A DNA stretch of 53,029 nucleotides from Bigelowiella natans CCMP2755 (GCA_000320545.1 ADNK01001245.1:1-53029); one strand, 5' to 3'. Positions 36,787 through 50,349 are shown, numbered from the stretch's first letter. Program-made: numbers and translations. The notes: a model not told the origin generated them from the sequence alone.

Positions 36787-38070
36787 TCGATGCATGAAGG
36801 AAATACTTACTTACTACGCATCAACGTGCACTGTGTTCCTCTCACATCTTCATCGCATGCACTCCCGACTTGCATTGAAACCTCGTAGTAGCATGCGTTG
36901 ACTAGCTAGCGCACTGTGAATGTCATTGTCCATGCAGCATGATTCTGCTCGGCGATCGACGCGCGAGAGCATTCTGCTCATCGTGCATGCATGCTGCACA
37001 AGCCTGCGGGCTGTATACACACATCAATTTGTGCAGTGGCGACGTTTTTTTGTTCGGCATGCGCAGCCGATAGCGGCTGGTTGCGTAGGTGCTAGCTGCG
37101 ATGAGCAACAATCTTTAACGCAGACACATGCAGACACACATGCAGATGATTGCGATATGTACAAAAAGGATTCCATTTATTGAGATGAGGAATCAAATGC
37201 GTAGTTGCGCTGGGTTTCCCACGACCTGCCTGGCATGCTATGTCCTTCATTTTCATGCTGAAAACACGCTCCATCTCAGTTCGCTGGGCTCGAACGTTTG
37301 TTTGATTGAACACGCATCGCACCGCCGCCAACGACGCAAATCACGCTCTCTGTTTAGCGCGTTGCGTGCTAGATCTAGTAGATCAAGTAGATCTAGAACT
37401 TGTGTTACATCTGTTTGTCTCTGCCATGCATGTCATGTGTTTCATGCATTATTCGCAAATAAAGCATCATCTATATCCTGTCGTCGATGTCGCGCGCAGT
37501 ACGTACGCGCAGCAGTTCTCGCTTGGCACGAGTCGCGCGCACGTGCACGTCGGCTGCATGCAAACTTTTTTTGCACAACGAAAACCAAAAAAGTCATTTT
37601 TGGACTCATTTAATTGTGACCGGTTTCGGCCACTAGCTTGTGTTGCACACATGCGGAGGTAGTTGACAAGGCATGCGCATATGACATCATGCACCGCCAC
37701 ATCCAATTGTGTCCGCGCGTGCACGTGCGTGATCACACTTGCATGATCGACGAGCGCGCGCGCAATATTGCATGACAACAAAATTGAACGTGCGCACACG
37801 CAAATAGTGATCGCACAACAGACTCACATGTCATGCACATCGACGTGGTAGGAATGCACAAGTGATGCGCAGCTCATTAGCCATTCAATGTTTGCACATG
37901 AGCAATGAACATCATTGCGGAACTGCGATGCGTGCTAGCTTTGAATGAATCAAATGATGTCATGTTCAACGCATACAAGAAGCTTGCAGAATAGGGGCTC
38001 TAACACTTTTACATTACAGAAAACAGACACGTTGCCCGATGTGACGACAGTAAAGACTCCAGGTTGCTTC

Positions 38071-38798
38071 TTATTCCTCAGAATCGCCGCCGAGTTCTTG
38101 GTTTAAGAGATCATCAATTGTACCTGCTTTCTTGCCATCCTTGTCGTCCTTCTTGCCGACTTGACTTTTCACATTTGAGAGTTTTGCTTTAGCTCCATTA
38201 AGCTGCTCCAGTTTTCTCTGGACGAACTTGATCCTTGAATCAATCTCTTGTTCTTTTCCACTGAATGACTGCATAAGTTTCTCTTGTTTGGATTTTAGAG
38301 CGGCTGCTACGAATGTTTTAAGTTTCCCTTTCAGTGACTCTAGCTTCTTCTCCCTAGCTGGAATTGCAGCAGATATCAGCTTAGCCTTCTTGATAAGTTT
38401 TGCAAGCATTTTAATGTCCTTGAGCATCTTCATTGCTTGTGGTGAACTCTTGATGAACTGGACTTCAGTCATTGAGGACATTTCCGAGGATAGTCCTCCA
38501 ACTGACATAGAAATATGCCATAAGATAAACACATCAATTGAATATAAGATTTTACCTTCTTCGGCTACTCCTCCCTCATCTGCAGAAGCAGGCTGCTTGG
38601 CAACCAAACGTGCAAGTTCGCCTAACTCTTCTCCACCAGAGGGATCGGTGCTAATTTCACCACCGCTTGGCAGCACGGTTGCCTTCGTCAGATCTAAATA
38701 ACATCTGTAAGGGCCTGCAAGAAAATGTTATTGGTTAGGTTACCATGCTGAGCGAGAGCGAGTTGGGAGAGGGCAACAATCCACAAAAGACTGATCAT
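38071..38798 (-). CDS. Hypothetical secreted Lys/Glu-rich coiled-coil protein
   Basis: Signal-peptide-like MISLLWIVALSQLALAQH (ATG 38798), then ORF 38071-38676 with heptad-like REKKLESLKGKLK...IDSRIKFVQRKLEQL. Joining the two needs a 29-nt intron or a 1-nt indel. Confidence 0.6.
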
Positions 38799-39125
38799 TG
38801 GAGAGGCTGAGTATGAAGTTTGAATTTACACCACAGCCTTTCGCTCAAAACAAAGTAAATAAATTTAGGTCGCAAATGAAAAATACAGGCAGCTACAAAA
38901 CATCTATAAATCTTTCATTTTCAAATTTAAATACTTTCCCGATTAAATACATATTTTATTTTTCATCTTTTTGAATCTTCGATGGACTCCTGACATCGTC
39001 CTCTGTCTAGTAGAGAAATGGCCTGTGTTTCCCAGGTCTTACAAGCACACCGCAACTGTGGCAATCAATTCATTCTTCGCAAACTTCTTCTCGAATGAGC
39101 CAATCTTGAATCTTGAATCTTCATA

Positions 39126-40483
39126 CTTCGTGTTCCTTCAGTTCGATGTCGCACATGCACGTCCACAATGGACTCGATTGTCCTCTGCTCTCTAGCGCTG
39201 GGGCTCCGCGCCCTGAAACAAACCCTCATTTTTTCTTGGTGGTCCAGTTGATCAGGCAGGACACAGACGAACCAGCGTGTCCCACGGTCGTTTTGCATTT
39301 GCTAGTTTGACCCCACCAGCTAGCCAGTGAAGCACTTTTTCCTTTTTTCCCTGTTCTGTTGTTCTGCCAGCCTGGTGGTGCGCGTGTGGTTGTTGGTGGC
39401 TGGGAACACACGCGTCGCTCTGAAGCTGAATGCAATTGACCTTCGCTAGCTGTGGCTCCGCGCCCCGCGCAAATCACCCGTCCAAATGCGTGACCGGTGG
39501 GGGAGAAACAAGCCCTCAACTTTTCGCACCTTGGTGACTTTGTCTAGTTGTGTCGATCGGGGATCGGGGACTAGGGGTGGACACGAGTGCAGTGCCAGAC
39601 TAGCAGAGTGAACCAGCGCGACCTGTTCCATGATCCTTGGAAACCGCTCCAATGCAAAAGCCTTCGCTTCTTTTCATCTTTTTTTCCAGGACTGCGACTG
39701 CTGGTGGACAGGACGACAGGACCAAACCTCTGATCAACAGTCGTCCTCTCAACTGCACCACTGGAAACGTCAGACCGCCTTGGGCATTGGTGAACGACTG
39801 ATCATTCAATTCAACTTGCTCCGACCAGCCAGCTCCTAGCTAGCTAGCTCTGGAGCTGGCCAGTCCAGCGGTGCTGTCAGCTTCGATGTGATCTTCGAAA
39901 CTTGTTCTGTTCGGTTCCTTTCTCTCTTTGACACCACTGCACACACTTGCCAGTTCTGGAGCTTGCTAGCTTGGTTTCCAGTGGTTCTCAATTTCTCATT
40001 GGATTTTGACAAGTTTTCTCAATGTCAACTGCGAGGTGTCAATCAAGGCCAAAAAGAGCCCTCGGTGCCTCGGTGACAGCAGAGTGCAACAGTCCAAACG
40101 CGATGGAGTTGCAGCAAATCCATGAAGGGACGATTCTGCACGTTGTCACAGCATTGCGCTGCGACAAGGAGACGTCGATGGGACCTAGGGATCGGCTGAG
40201 TGAAGCGGCCTAGCTCCAGAGCTGTCTAGCTGTCCAGGTGTGCATGGCAACCGTTGCATTGGACCACTCCAGCTTGGTGTTTGGTGCATGCTGGCATGCT
40301 AGCATGCATGCGAGTCGCGCTGCGGGGACTCTCATTGGCTTCGTCAGCTCAAGCAAGATGCTAGCAAGGTTTCGGTGTCATTGACTGCAGCTTCATTTGT
40401 TGTTTGAAGCTAGTTGATGAAGTCGTCATTGTGTCAATCGTCATTGGGTGACAACACCAGAACAATCTAGCAATGCTAGAATG
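39126..40483. other. Non-genic tract devoid of TpA except in CTAG (possibly a hypermutated repeat/TE relic)
   Basis: Hand scan of 1358 bp found 19 TA dinucleotides, all within CTAG. No credible spliced gene. Confidence 0.9.
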
Positions 40484-41091
40484 TAGAAGAATGTGCCATT
40501 GGCAAAGCTCCAGGGCACATGCATTGCCGCACTCACTGTACATTATAACATTCACCCGTCTATCTAGCCGTGCAATGCTAGTGGAGCTCCACACATGCAT
40601 AGCTAGACTGCGTGCAGTGCAAAGTATAAAAGTTTTTGACAATTGATGATGTTGGCCAGAATTTGCTTATCGCTGCGGCAGCTTGAATGAAAAAATGAGA
40701 ATATGAGAATTCTCTTCGGTTCTGACCGTGGAAAATCGCGCGCGGTGTACCAGATGCGCACATGAAAATTTTGCACTATTTCATCGCGATGCTACATGTG
40801 TGCGTAGCAGAACAAGAGCTAGAGAGAGATGTTCTGCTCTAGATTAAACACAAATTGCACTTCGTTGCAATATACCAAGTGCAGCTTTCAACCATTGCCT
40901 TCGCTGTGTGCATTATCTTGCTTCTCTATACATCCAGCTTAAATTGTTGTGCATTCATAGCACCATATGGTTCGAATGAAAACAAAGCATCCAATCCATA
41001 CTAAAACGTTCGATCATACTCGATGTAGCTCAAATCCAAGTACAAGAAGCCTAATATCCGCGTGATCACATTCCAGAGAGCAATTAAAGTT

Positions 41092-41902
<811 letters not shown>

Positions 41903-42918
41903 CCTAGATCTGCTGTCACAGTAAAGCAATTGAAAAATCACATGGATGCCACGAGTTCATTTCAGACGAATTTCTAACCAAGGGGAGGGCGAGTTGGCCG
42001 AGTTAAGTGAAGGTTGTGTGCGATAGCCTTCAGACACGAAGAAAATTCTACTTCAATAAATAAATTAAGACTGAAAAATCGAGTGACCATCTAAATCATT
42101 ACGCTTATTACAATCCAATATTGGATATATTTTACGTAAAATAGTTATTACTCAGAAATCATGGGACACTAAAAACAGTTAAATTCTACTAAATGTCTTA
42201 CTGTTAGGATATCCAGTGAAACGATGTCACCTCTATTCGTACATAAACGTACTACATCTTAGAAATATACCGATGAACATCGGAATCCCGCAGAAATCTT
42301 TTTACACAATAGGCATTCTATGTCTGAAACACATTCCAACCCTGAAAAGAAGGCCAGCACGTCATCTAGAAGTGATTTTCTGGAAGGAAAGGTCTGAACG
42401 GAAATCAAAAATTACGAGCATGTGTTCATAGCACGGTCGTATTGCTTGTTTTAATAACAGTGCGACAATACAATTAGCTGCCTTTACAGCAATGAACCTG
42501 TAAGATAAACGTTCACAAAATTGGCATTGCGTATATAAGTCTGGATGAAAGAGTGATGCAATTATCTTGTAAACTTAAATGCGCATTAAAAACTCAACTG
42601 CGACATGTAAAATCATGTTGTCTCTGCGACTCGAAATCGTCGTAGCTGTATTAGAAGATTATTGTTGGGGTTGATTCTATTTCATGCTGCATTTTTTGAG
42701 TTTTTTGAACAAAATGAGCTCGACGAAAACAAAATCCTGGGCCAACAGAATGAGACCATTTTGGTATCTACGACTTGACATAATTCGATATTTGAAACAA
42801 AGTACATCCGGGCAGTCCACAACACAGTACATCTATCTCTCCAGAAGATTGTACATCAAAGGCAAAGTGTGAAAAATCTTGCACCGCTGGCCTGCTTGGA
42901 CCTGCTCCTCGAGTGAGA

Positions 42919-45319
42919 ATGGGGCATAACCATGCAAAACCGGAACATCTGAAGCGCGAAGCAAAGGCTAAGTTCGACAGGAGGGAGTTGAACATGATAC
43001 GCAATACGTTCGCAGATCTGGCCCTCCGCTCATTAGGTGCCGGGAAAACCATCACAAAAGTGGCGTTCCTTCGGCGCTTTCCTCTGCCTGGGATACTTGG
43101 AGAGCGCTTGTTCTCCGTTTTTGCTCCAGAAGGTTAGAAGAATATCATCGGAATTTGTGAATTGAGGAATGGAATGCAAAGTTATTCATTATTTTCGTTG
43201 GGCTTATACATTTTTCTATCAGGTGTTGGCGGGATTGATTGGCCATCGTTTATGATTGGAATGGGATACATTCTACGTGGCACCGAAGACGAGAAAAGAG
43301 AGATGATATTCCGTATGTTTGACCTGCAGGGCCGACAGAAGGTTGGAGAAAGGGGCCTTGGGATGATGCTACACTCCATGTCGGCCATTCGTATTCGATC
43401 ACCGGAATCACGTGCCCTTTTAAGCGAGGAGGACGTAAAGATGGTCACGGAAGATCAGACGGAGATAATGCTTGAAGATGCCTTCAGTAAAATCGAAAGG
43501 GGGGATGAAGAGGATGAAAAAACATTGAATGCCGAACAATTTTGCCTGTGGCTGAATAAACATCCTGACGTGGTCAGATCCGTGGAAGGTGATCGAGCCT
43601 AAAGCTTTCAAAATGATTTAGCATTTTTTTTTTTAAGTTGATAAAATAAGAACTTAACCTTACTGCTACAATAGGAGTATTCCAGAGTACAATAGATATG
43701 TCGGCAATTGCATCGGACTACGCGAAGGTTTATGTCTACCATGAAAATGTTGTTGCATAAGAATTGGCTTTTATCAACACATAATTGACTTCTTCTTTCG
43801 CCTTCAAAGATGCGATTGGCCCTAAAAGACAAGAAAAAGCGGAAGAAAGATGCAAAAATCACATCAGAGCTAGGCCATGCAGCTTCTTCTTACAATGTGG
43901 ATACAAGCCCGTCCGTCCCAGTTGTTCGGTCTAACACCTCACCAAACTGTAGAATTCCTATGACGACAAACCCCATAGGAAAGGGGGGGGGACTGAGAAA
44001 CAGCAATCAGATTACGAGCGATGGTGGCAGCATACCTGTAATATGTAGAGCTTGTGGATTCAGCATGAAAGTATTCTTCAACATGACAACGGGCGACCAA
44101 ATTCAAGCTGCTGAAGTACTAGTGACCGTGTTGCGTGCTTGAGAAGAGATGGGGGGGTGGGGGAATTAGAAGAGACGAGGGAAATGATGAGTTGCCTGTC
44201 TATAAAGTATTTGTGAAGTAGGCGTACAAACACTAATTACACAGTCTAACAAAGCATCATCCTAAGTGCTGTGTGTTTGTAGAGTGTATCTTTTGTGTGC
44301 AGGATGATGTATTATGTCATGTTCGTGCATGTATATCCAATAATGATAACAATAATGATAATAATAATAATAATAATGAAAATTGATGTAAAATTTGATC
44401 AAATCCAACTATGCAACACCGTGTTGATCAAATTCACTAACTCATACACTTTGTAATCTAACATTTCGGATATCGTCATTGTTCGTTTGTGTTATAATTA
44501 AGGTGAAATACTGTCCAAATTGTGGTGCAAGCTTAGAACGCAAGCGAAGTGCCACTGTATTGAACAAACATCTAATCATGCTCTGCTGAGGTGGTGTCGT
44601 TGGATCTAATATTGTGTATTATATGTATAAATATTATGTTAGGTGCAAGGAAGATCGCATGAAGGATACTTGAGCAAAATCGGTTCAAGATTTCGTCAGG
44701 TAATCCAACAGATGCGAGTAGTATTGATAGTAGGCATCCATAGAATCAATGGTGTTCTGCTCTTCATATGGGAGGAGCGCGTTGTTCGACATTCTGATTA
44801 CGTGTTGTGGTACCGCCATTTTTTCTTAATTCATGGTGGTCAGTCACTACTTATGTTTGATCCATAGGTGCACCAAAGATGGTTTGTAGTTCGCAACGGT
44901 TTTCTTCATGAATTCCATAATCCGAAGGATCTTGAGGCGGTATGTAATACATCGAATAGTAGTAGCTACAGTTTAGATTGCCGCGGCACGTTTTCGATCC
45001 AGTAGTGAGTCTATTTTGAATTATTATCAGGTTTGTAGTACGTTCTTGCCGGGATGTTTTGTAGAGGCTGCGACGGAAAGAGAACGGACAAAGCTGAAAT
45101 ACGGATTCGAAATCATTATCAAGGAGGAACCAAGGAAGTCAAGATTACTTTACGCGCAGAGCATAAAGGAAAGAGATTCTTGGATCAAGGTTTGCACGAG
45201 AAGTAGAGAAAACGAGAGATTTGAAAAACATTTCAGAAAATAGGCGAAAGCTATAAATATTGTACACTCCAATTTGCATGGTAGTGTATATTTTGTCTAG
45301 CATATGCCGTATGCGTAGA

Positions 45320-45351
<32 letters not shown>

Positions 45352-45355
45352 TGAC

Positions 45356-45396
<41 letters not shown>

Positions 45397-46084
45397 GCTG
45401 TGGAGGCGCACGCCATAGCAGAAGCTCCGTGGGATGAGTACGAGAAACTCGAAGAACTTGGCGTTGGACGTTTTTCTTCAGTTGTTTGCGCTCAGCACAA
45501 GACCACCAAAAAGAAGTATGCGATGAAGGTCATAGAAAAGCTAAATCTAGACGAAAAGGAGCAGGAAGCACTTCACACCGAGATTGCCGTGTTGCGGCTC
45601 GTGAATCATCGAAATATTCTCAACCTCAAGCACGTTTTCGAGACTCGCAGGCAGATTTTCATTATCACAAATATGGTGTCTGGTGGCGATCTCTTCGAGC
45701 GCTTGGACAAAATTAAGAAATTCTCGCAAACTAGGGCACGAGATATTTTCCGAAAGCTGCTACACGTTGTCGAGTATCTGCATAGCCGGGGAGTGGTTCA
45801 TAGGGATCTCAAACCAGAGAACATATTGTGTTCGTCCAGTGCAGATGAAGACAACTTCGATATTATCTTGGGCGATTTTGGTCTAGCACATTTCGCCGGA
45901 CCACATCAGAAGATAATGATGGCATGCGGAACACCGGCTTACGTAGCTCCTGAGGTGTGGGAAATGAAAGGGTATGACAGTCAAGTAGACTTGTGGAGTG
46001 CAGGCGTCATGCTCTATCTCTTCTTGTGTGGCCGCTTACCATTCAGTGGGAAGGTATTTATATAAATATACGTGTATTTTTATG

Positions 46085-46127
<43 letters not shown>

Positions 46128-46626
46128 ATTTTCCATGAGGTTATCTTCGATTGAATTGACTGTTTTATTTTTACTTATTTGGATGCGAAGGACCGCAAAG
46201 AGCTTCAGCAACAGACACAACGCACCAAATTAGTTTTTTCGCCAATAAAGATCTGGGATACAATCGACCCACAGGCTATGGATCTCACAAAAAAACTACT
46301 TCAAAAATTTCCACATAAACGCCTCACCGCTAGACAGGTATTTCCTCCAAAAAACAAGCTCATGTAGTTATTGGGAACACATACAATTAATAAATCATCA
46401 GTTGGAGTTTATATTTAAATAGAGACGTATCTGTATTTAGGCATTGCAGCATCCTTGGCTCAAGGCATCAAGCTCCAAAAACCCAAAGGATTCCTCAGAG
46501 TTGCATAATGGAGGTGACCAAAATGGTAACATGAGGGCTGAATTGGACGGATCAGATGATGATGCACGAGATGCAGACGGAAGGGGCCTGAAGCCCTCAG
46601 AAGACGAGAAACATGGCGGGAGGTGA
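42919..46626 (+). CDS. CDPK7-like kinase: N-myristoylation site, NCS/CBL-like EF-hand region, Cys zinc-ribbon, PH domain, CAMK-family kinase
   Basis: MGHNHAK; FPLPGILGERLFSVFAPE/GVGGIDWPSFMIG...RGTEDEKREMIFRMFDL; CRAC...CPNCG; PH HEGYLSKIG...KRWFVVRNGFL...FLPGCFVE...YGFEI...LLYAQSIKERDSWIK; kinase LGVGRFSSV, YAMKVIEK, HRDLKPEN, GDFG, ACGTPAYVAPE, DLWSAGV; TGA at 46624-46626. Confidence 0.88.
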
Positions 46627-47602
46627 TGGAAACAGGAAGGCAGCCAAGAAGGAAACGTGAAATCTTCAAAATTTTGGATAGCAAGCGCAACAAATTAGTT
46701 GCCGCCATGGCTAGCTAGCTAGACTTGCCATGTATGGCAAGGCATGTCTAGATGTGCTCACATTGCTAGATGCGGGTTCGATGATTTGCATTGCATTAGT
46801 CACCACTGGGCCTGCTTACTTGCTGCCCCTGCTAGGATCATGTTTGCAACACATCAGACAAGTTACCATCAAATCAGCAATCAGATCTAGTCTGTATAAC
46901 TGAGCACATCTTTGAATGTGCCGGAATGCATGACAATGCAAATGCCATGCTCGCAGTGCAATGAGTCGATCAAATCGCATCGCATCGTGCCACATGCTGA
47001 AAACTAGAGCGCAGCAGCTAGCTAGCTAGAGGTGCCAATTCGCGTCCATGCAAGTTGTTCGACGCTTTGTTGACTTGAGCACGATCTTGTTCTGACAATG
47101 CCACCATCTAGCGGTGTGTGCTGCGTGCATGGTCCACGTTTGTCTGTGTGGTGTGCAGGCCGCCTAGCCGCGCACGCAGCGTAACGCTGGGCCCATAATG
47201 CAACAGCCACAGCTAGACACCCAGCAGCGCCAATGACACGCTAGCACGTCCATGAATGCAAGCGGTTCAGGTCTAGCTAGCCAGAGGTTGTGACATGTGC
47301 GCGCGTGTCGCACAACAACAACAAAATGGCGCTTGACACCGCGCTGTCATCAAAGCATTTGTCGCTGCATCGATCTTCCAATTGCTGTTATTGCCATTGA
47401 TCACAAAGTGCGATTTAATTCTTATTTTATCTTGCTACTGTGAGAGCATGCATCCGACACAGTACTGTGGTACACAGATGAAATTGAGCTTGGTCGCAAG
47501 GCCGCAAAAAGGTTAACATGAGCGATAATGCTGCGGTGTATGACTATTGTTCCTCTACATTAACATGGTCGATCATAATACGCCAACACGAGGTGCAATC
47601 TT

Positions 47603-48028
47603 CTATGTTCTTTCATCAAGATGCACGTTTCCATTTCGATCCACGATATTTTTGAAAAATGGATGTCTCATCGCCTCTTTTGCCGAAATACGCTCCTTTG
47701 GATCATGTTGCAACAGCTTTAATAAGAGGTCCACATACTCTTTATTTCGGAATTGTGCCTGCAAAATGTAACCAATAATGTAATCAGTCTTTGTTTTTCT
47801 CAAAGTTGTTTATATGCAAAATTAATGGATTATTTTGAGGCCTATTTTCAAATGTAAAGATTTTTCGAACAAGCTTAATGGACCAACCTTTATGTGTCTT
47901 GCTCTCCTGACTTTGGTCAAACTAGATTTTCCGCTTGCGTTCTCAGGCCACCGAATTCTACCTTTTTCGACCCAGTCGCTCACCCGAGGTCGACTAAGGA
48001 AGCATACTTAGACAGTCAGTTTCTAGTA

Positions 48029-48079
<51 letters not shown>

Positions 48080-49952
48080 TAATATACTTTATTTAACATA
48101 CTCACACGCAAGTGTTGTTACATAAGCTCGCATTTGTGTAATTTCTTCGATTTAAAATTGGCACCACCTTGTACTCCTTCCCCTTCTCTTGCTTCGCTTG
48201 TGCTCACCACCACGGTGGCTGCTTGAGCTGTTCTCGTCTCTACGGTGAAGCTTCTCCGCAGCTAAGCACATGTGCTGGGGTAGAGGTCCAACAATTTTCT
48301 CCATGAGAGCAAGATGTTCCATGTCTTCATGAGTTTTAAATAACAAGTCGCCAGTGTATAGCTCCGCTAAGATACATCCAACGGACCAAAGATCCGAAGG
48401 ATAACTCCATCCCAAGCCTAAAGCAAATGATGGCCTCTGAGACGCATCCATCAACTTCCATATCATTGAATTATTACTCACCGAACATGACTTCAGGGGA
48501 CCGATACTGACGGGTGTTGATAATACGTGAATGGTGATCATCCTCGAATGTGGCACCGCCGAAATCAATTAAACGTATCCTCTCGGATAATGGCACCCGG
48601 TAATCGCTATGCGTGCCCTGAGCATATTAATGCGTTTTCGCAAAATTGTTAGTGCGAGGTCTATGTCTCTAATACAGAGGTTGATAAACTTGACCTGCTT
48701 CTCGTATTTATAGTCTGAATCCTCCAATAAGATGTTCTCAGGCTTCAGATCGGTATGAATTAGTCTGATACTGTGGCAGACTGAAATATACAGTACACAC
48801 CACTCATTTTCGTACAGCATCTTGAACGAACAAAATTCTGCAAAGTTACATTTCACAGCCTTTAGAAGTTGATATCCAAACACTCTGACTTGGGCCATCC
48901 GAAAACCACGGTAATGGTTCGATTTTAAGAAACCATAAAGGCTTTTCCCCAAGCGCTCAAAACCCAAGCACACATGCTTTTTCCCGCGGAATGTTATGTC
49001 GAATTTGTTCTTGAATCGAACACACAATCTAATGATGTGTGCACAAAAACAAAACTATTTAGACATGATCAATATTCCTCGCAACAAAGAAAGACGCACG
49101 ATTCTTTGTCGGGATCCTCTCGACGTATTCTACGCAGGATGTCCTCCTCCACTTTTGCAGCTTCGAGATAGCGAGTGACACTCCTGACAACTTTCACAGC
49201 GAGTGGCTCGTCGTACTTGGTGTCAACTACATTAAGGACTGTCCCGAATGTACCTTCACCAGCTACACCTAACACCTCATCTGATAGAGATAGTAGAAAA
49301 CATCAAAATAATACCAACCAGGCATCAGCGGCCACACTAAACATCTCATTTGATAGAACTTTAATATATAACTTAATAATAATAATAATAAGTATCATAT
49401 CCAAAAACTTATCTCATAGAAATAGAACATATCTTAATAATAAAAAGTAGTGTAGATTTCGCGGAGTAGTAGCGTGTTGATCTTACATCTGCCTTTTGAC
49501 CCAATGAACTCTCCAGATTTAATGCGAATCCGTCCTTCACTGTCATCATAGCTCTGATTGCTGCTGCTTTCCGAATCGGAGTGGGAATGGGAGCGCGAGT
49601 GTGAGTTTGAGTAGGAGGCGGATTCAGTGTAAGGAGAAGAAGAAATGCTTCTCCTCCTTCGGCGTCGTGCACGCGCGCGATGACAGTCTCTCGATCGTGA
49701 GCGAGAGCGTGTTCCATTCTCTTCCCTTCTCCTTGAACGTCTCCCAAAATTGTTCCTTCTCGACTGCGTATGGCGTTGGTAATTGGACCCGGAAGCTCTA
49801 TCCCTGCTGCTTCTTCCTCCTCCTCCTCCTCCTCCTCCTCCTCTGTGTTTCCTGCTGCCTCTCTCATCATTGTTCCTGCTCCCCTCACCCTGTTTCCTTT
49901 GATATCGTTGGTATTCTGAGGGCGATCCATCGTACGAAGCATGGCGTTTCAT
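47603..49952 (-). CDS. CLK/LAMMER dual-specificity kinase with RS-rich N-terminus
   Basis: [19 protein letters not shown]; YDDSEGRI; GEGTFGTV; AVKVVR; [12 protein letters not shown]; LIDFGGAT; [21 protein letters not shown]; [11 protein letters not shown] (LAMMER motif); [17 protein letters not shown]; stop at 47603. Confidence 0.93.
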
Positions 49953-50349
49953 TCTTGGGTGCAATTTGTTGATTCTCCTTCGTGAAGGAAGAACACCCCG
50001 CTAAGCTAAGCTAGAGAGCGAGTAGGCGGGGTGGGGAGCTGCCCCGTAATGATGGCCACACTTATTAAGACATTACTGGCATGTTAAGGGGATTTCTGTA
50101 GATGCGTTTACAGAAAATCTAGGCCGTACTCCATACTTTTGAGGTAAAACAACCAAAATTTATCATGAATCACATTTCTAGAAAAATTATATTGAAATGC
50201 GTTCTGCGACGACGCCATCTTTCTTTCGTTCTTTTCAGCTTATATGTAGGCTGTTCTACGGTTACGTCTTGAAGATTAGGTTCATTTATTAACATATTCG
50301 GATTCCAACCTTCTGCATTCCGGACATCCATACCACAACGGACTCACAC

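Noticed and set aside
37615-37640. GTGACCGGTTTCGGCC, resembling the GAAAC half of Penelope-type hammerhead ribozymes on the minus strand
   Set aside because: No CTGANGA core or closing stems at the required position.
38228-38701. 157-aa plus-strand ORF (and similar antisense ORFs at 22012-22533, 32061-32519, 51086-51397)
   Set aside because: Antisense shadows of real coding exons.
39126-40483. Classical RIP or CpG-methylation decay as the cause of the skewed tract; also the short ORFs within it
   Set aside because: RIP increases TpA and CpG decay removes CG, both opposite to what is seen. The ORFs are a by-product of missing TAA stops and show no recognisable domain.
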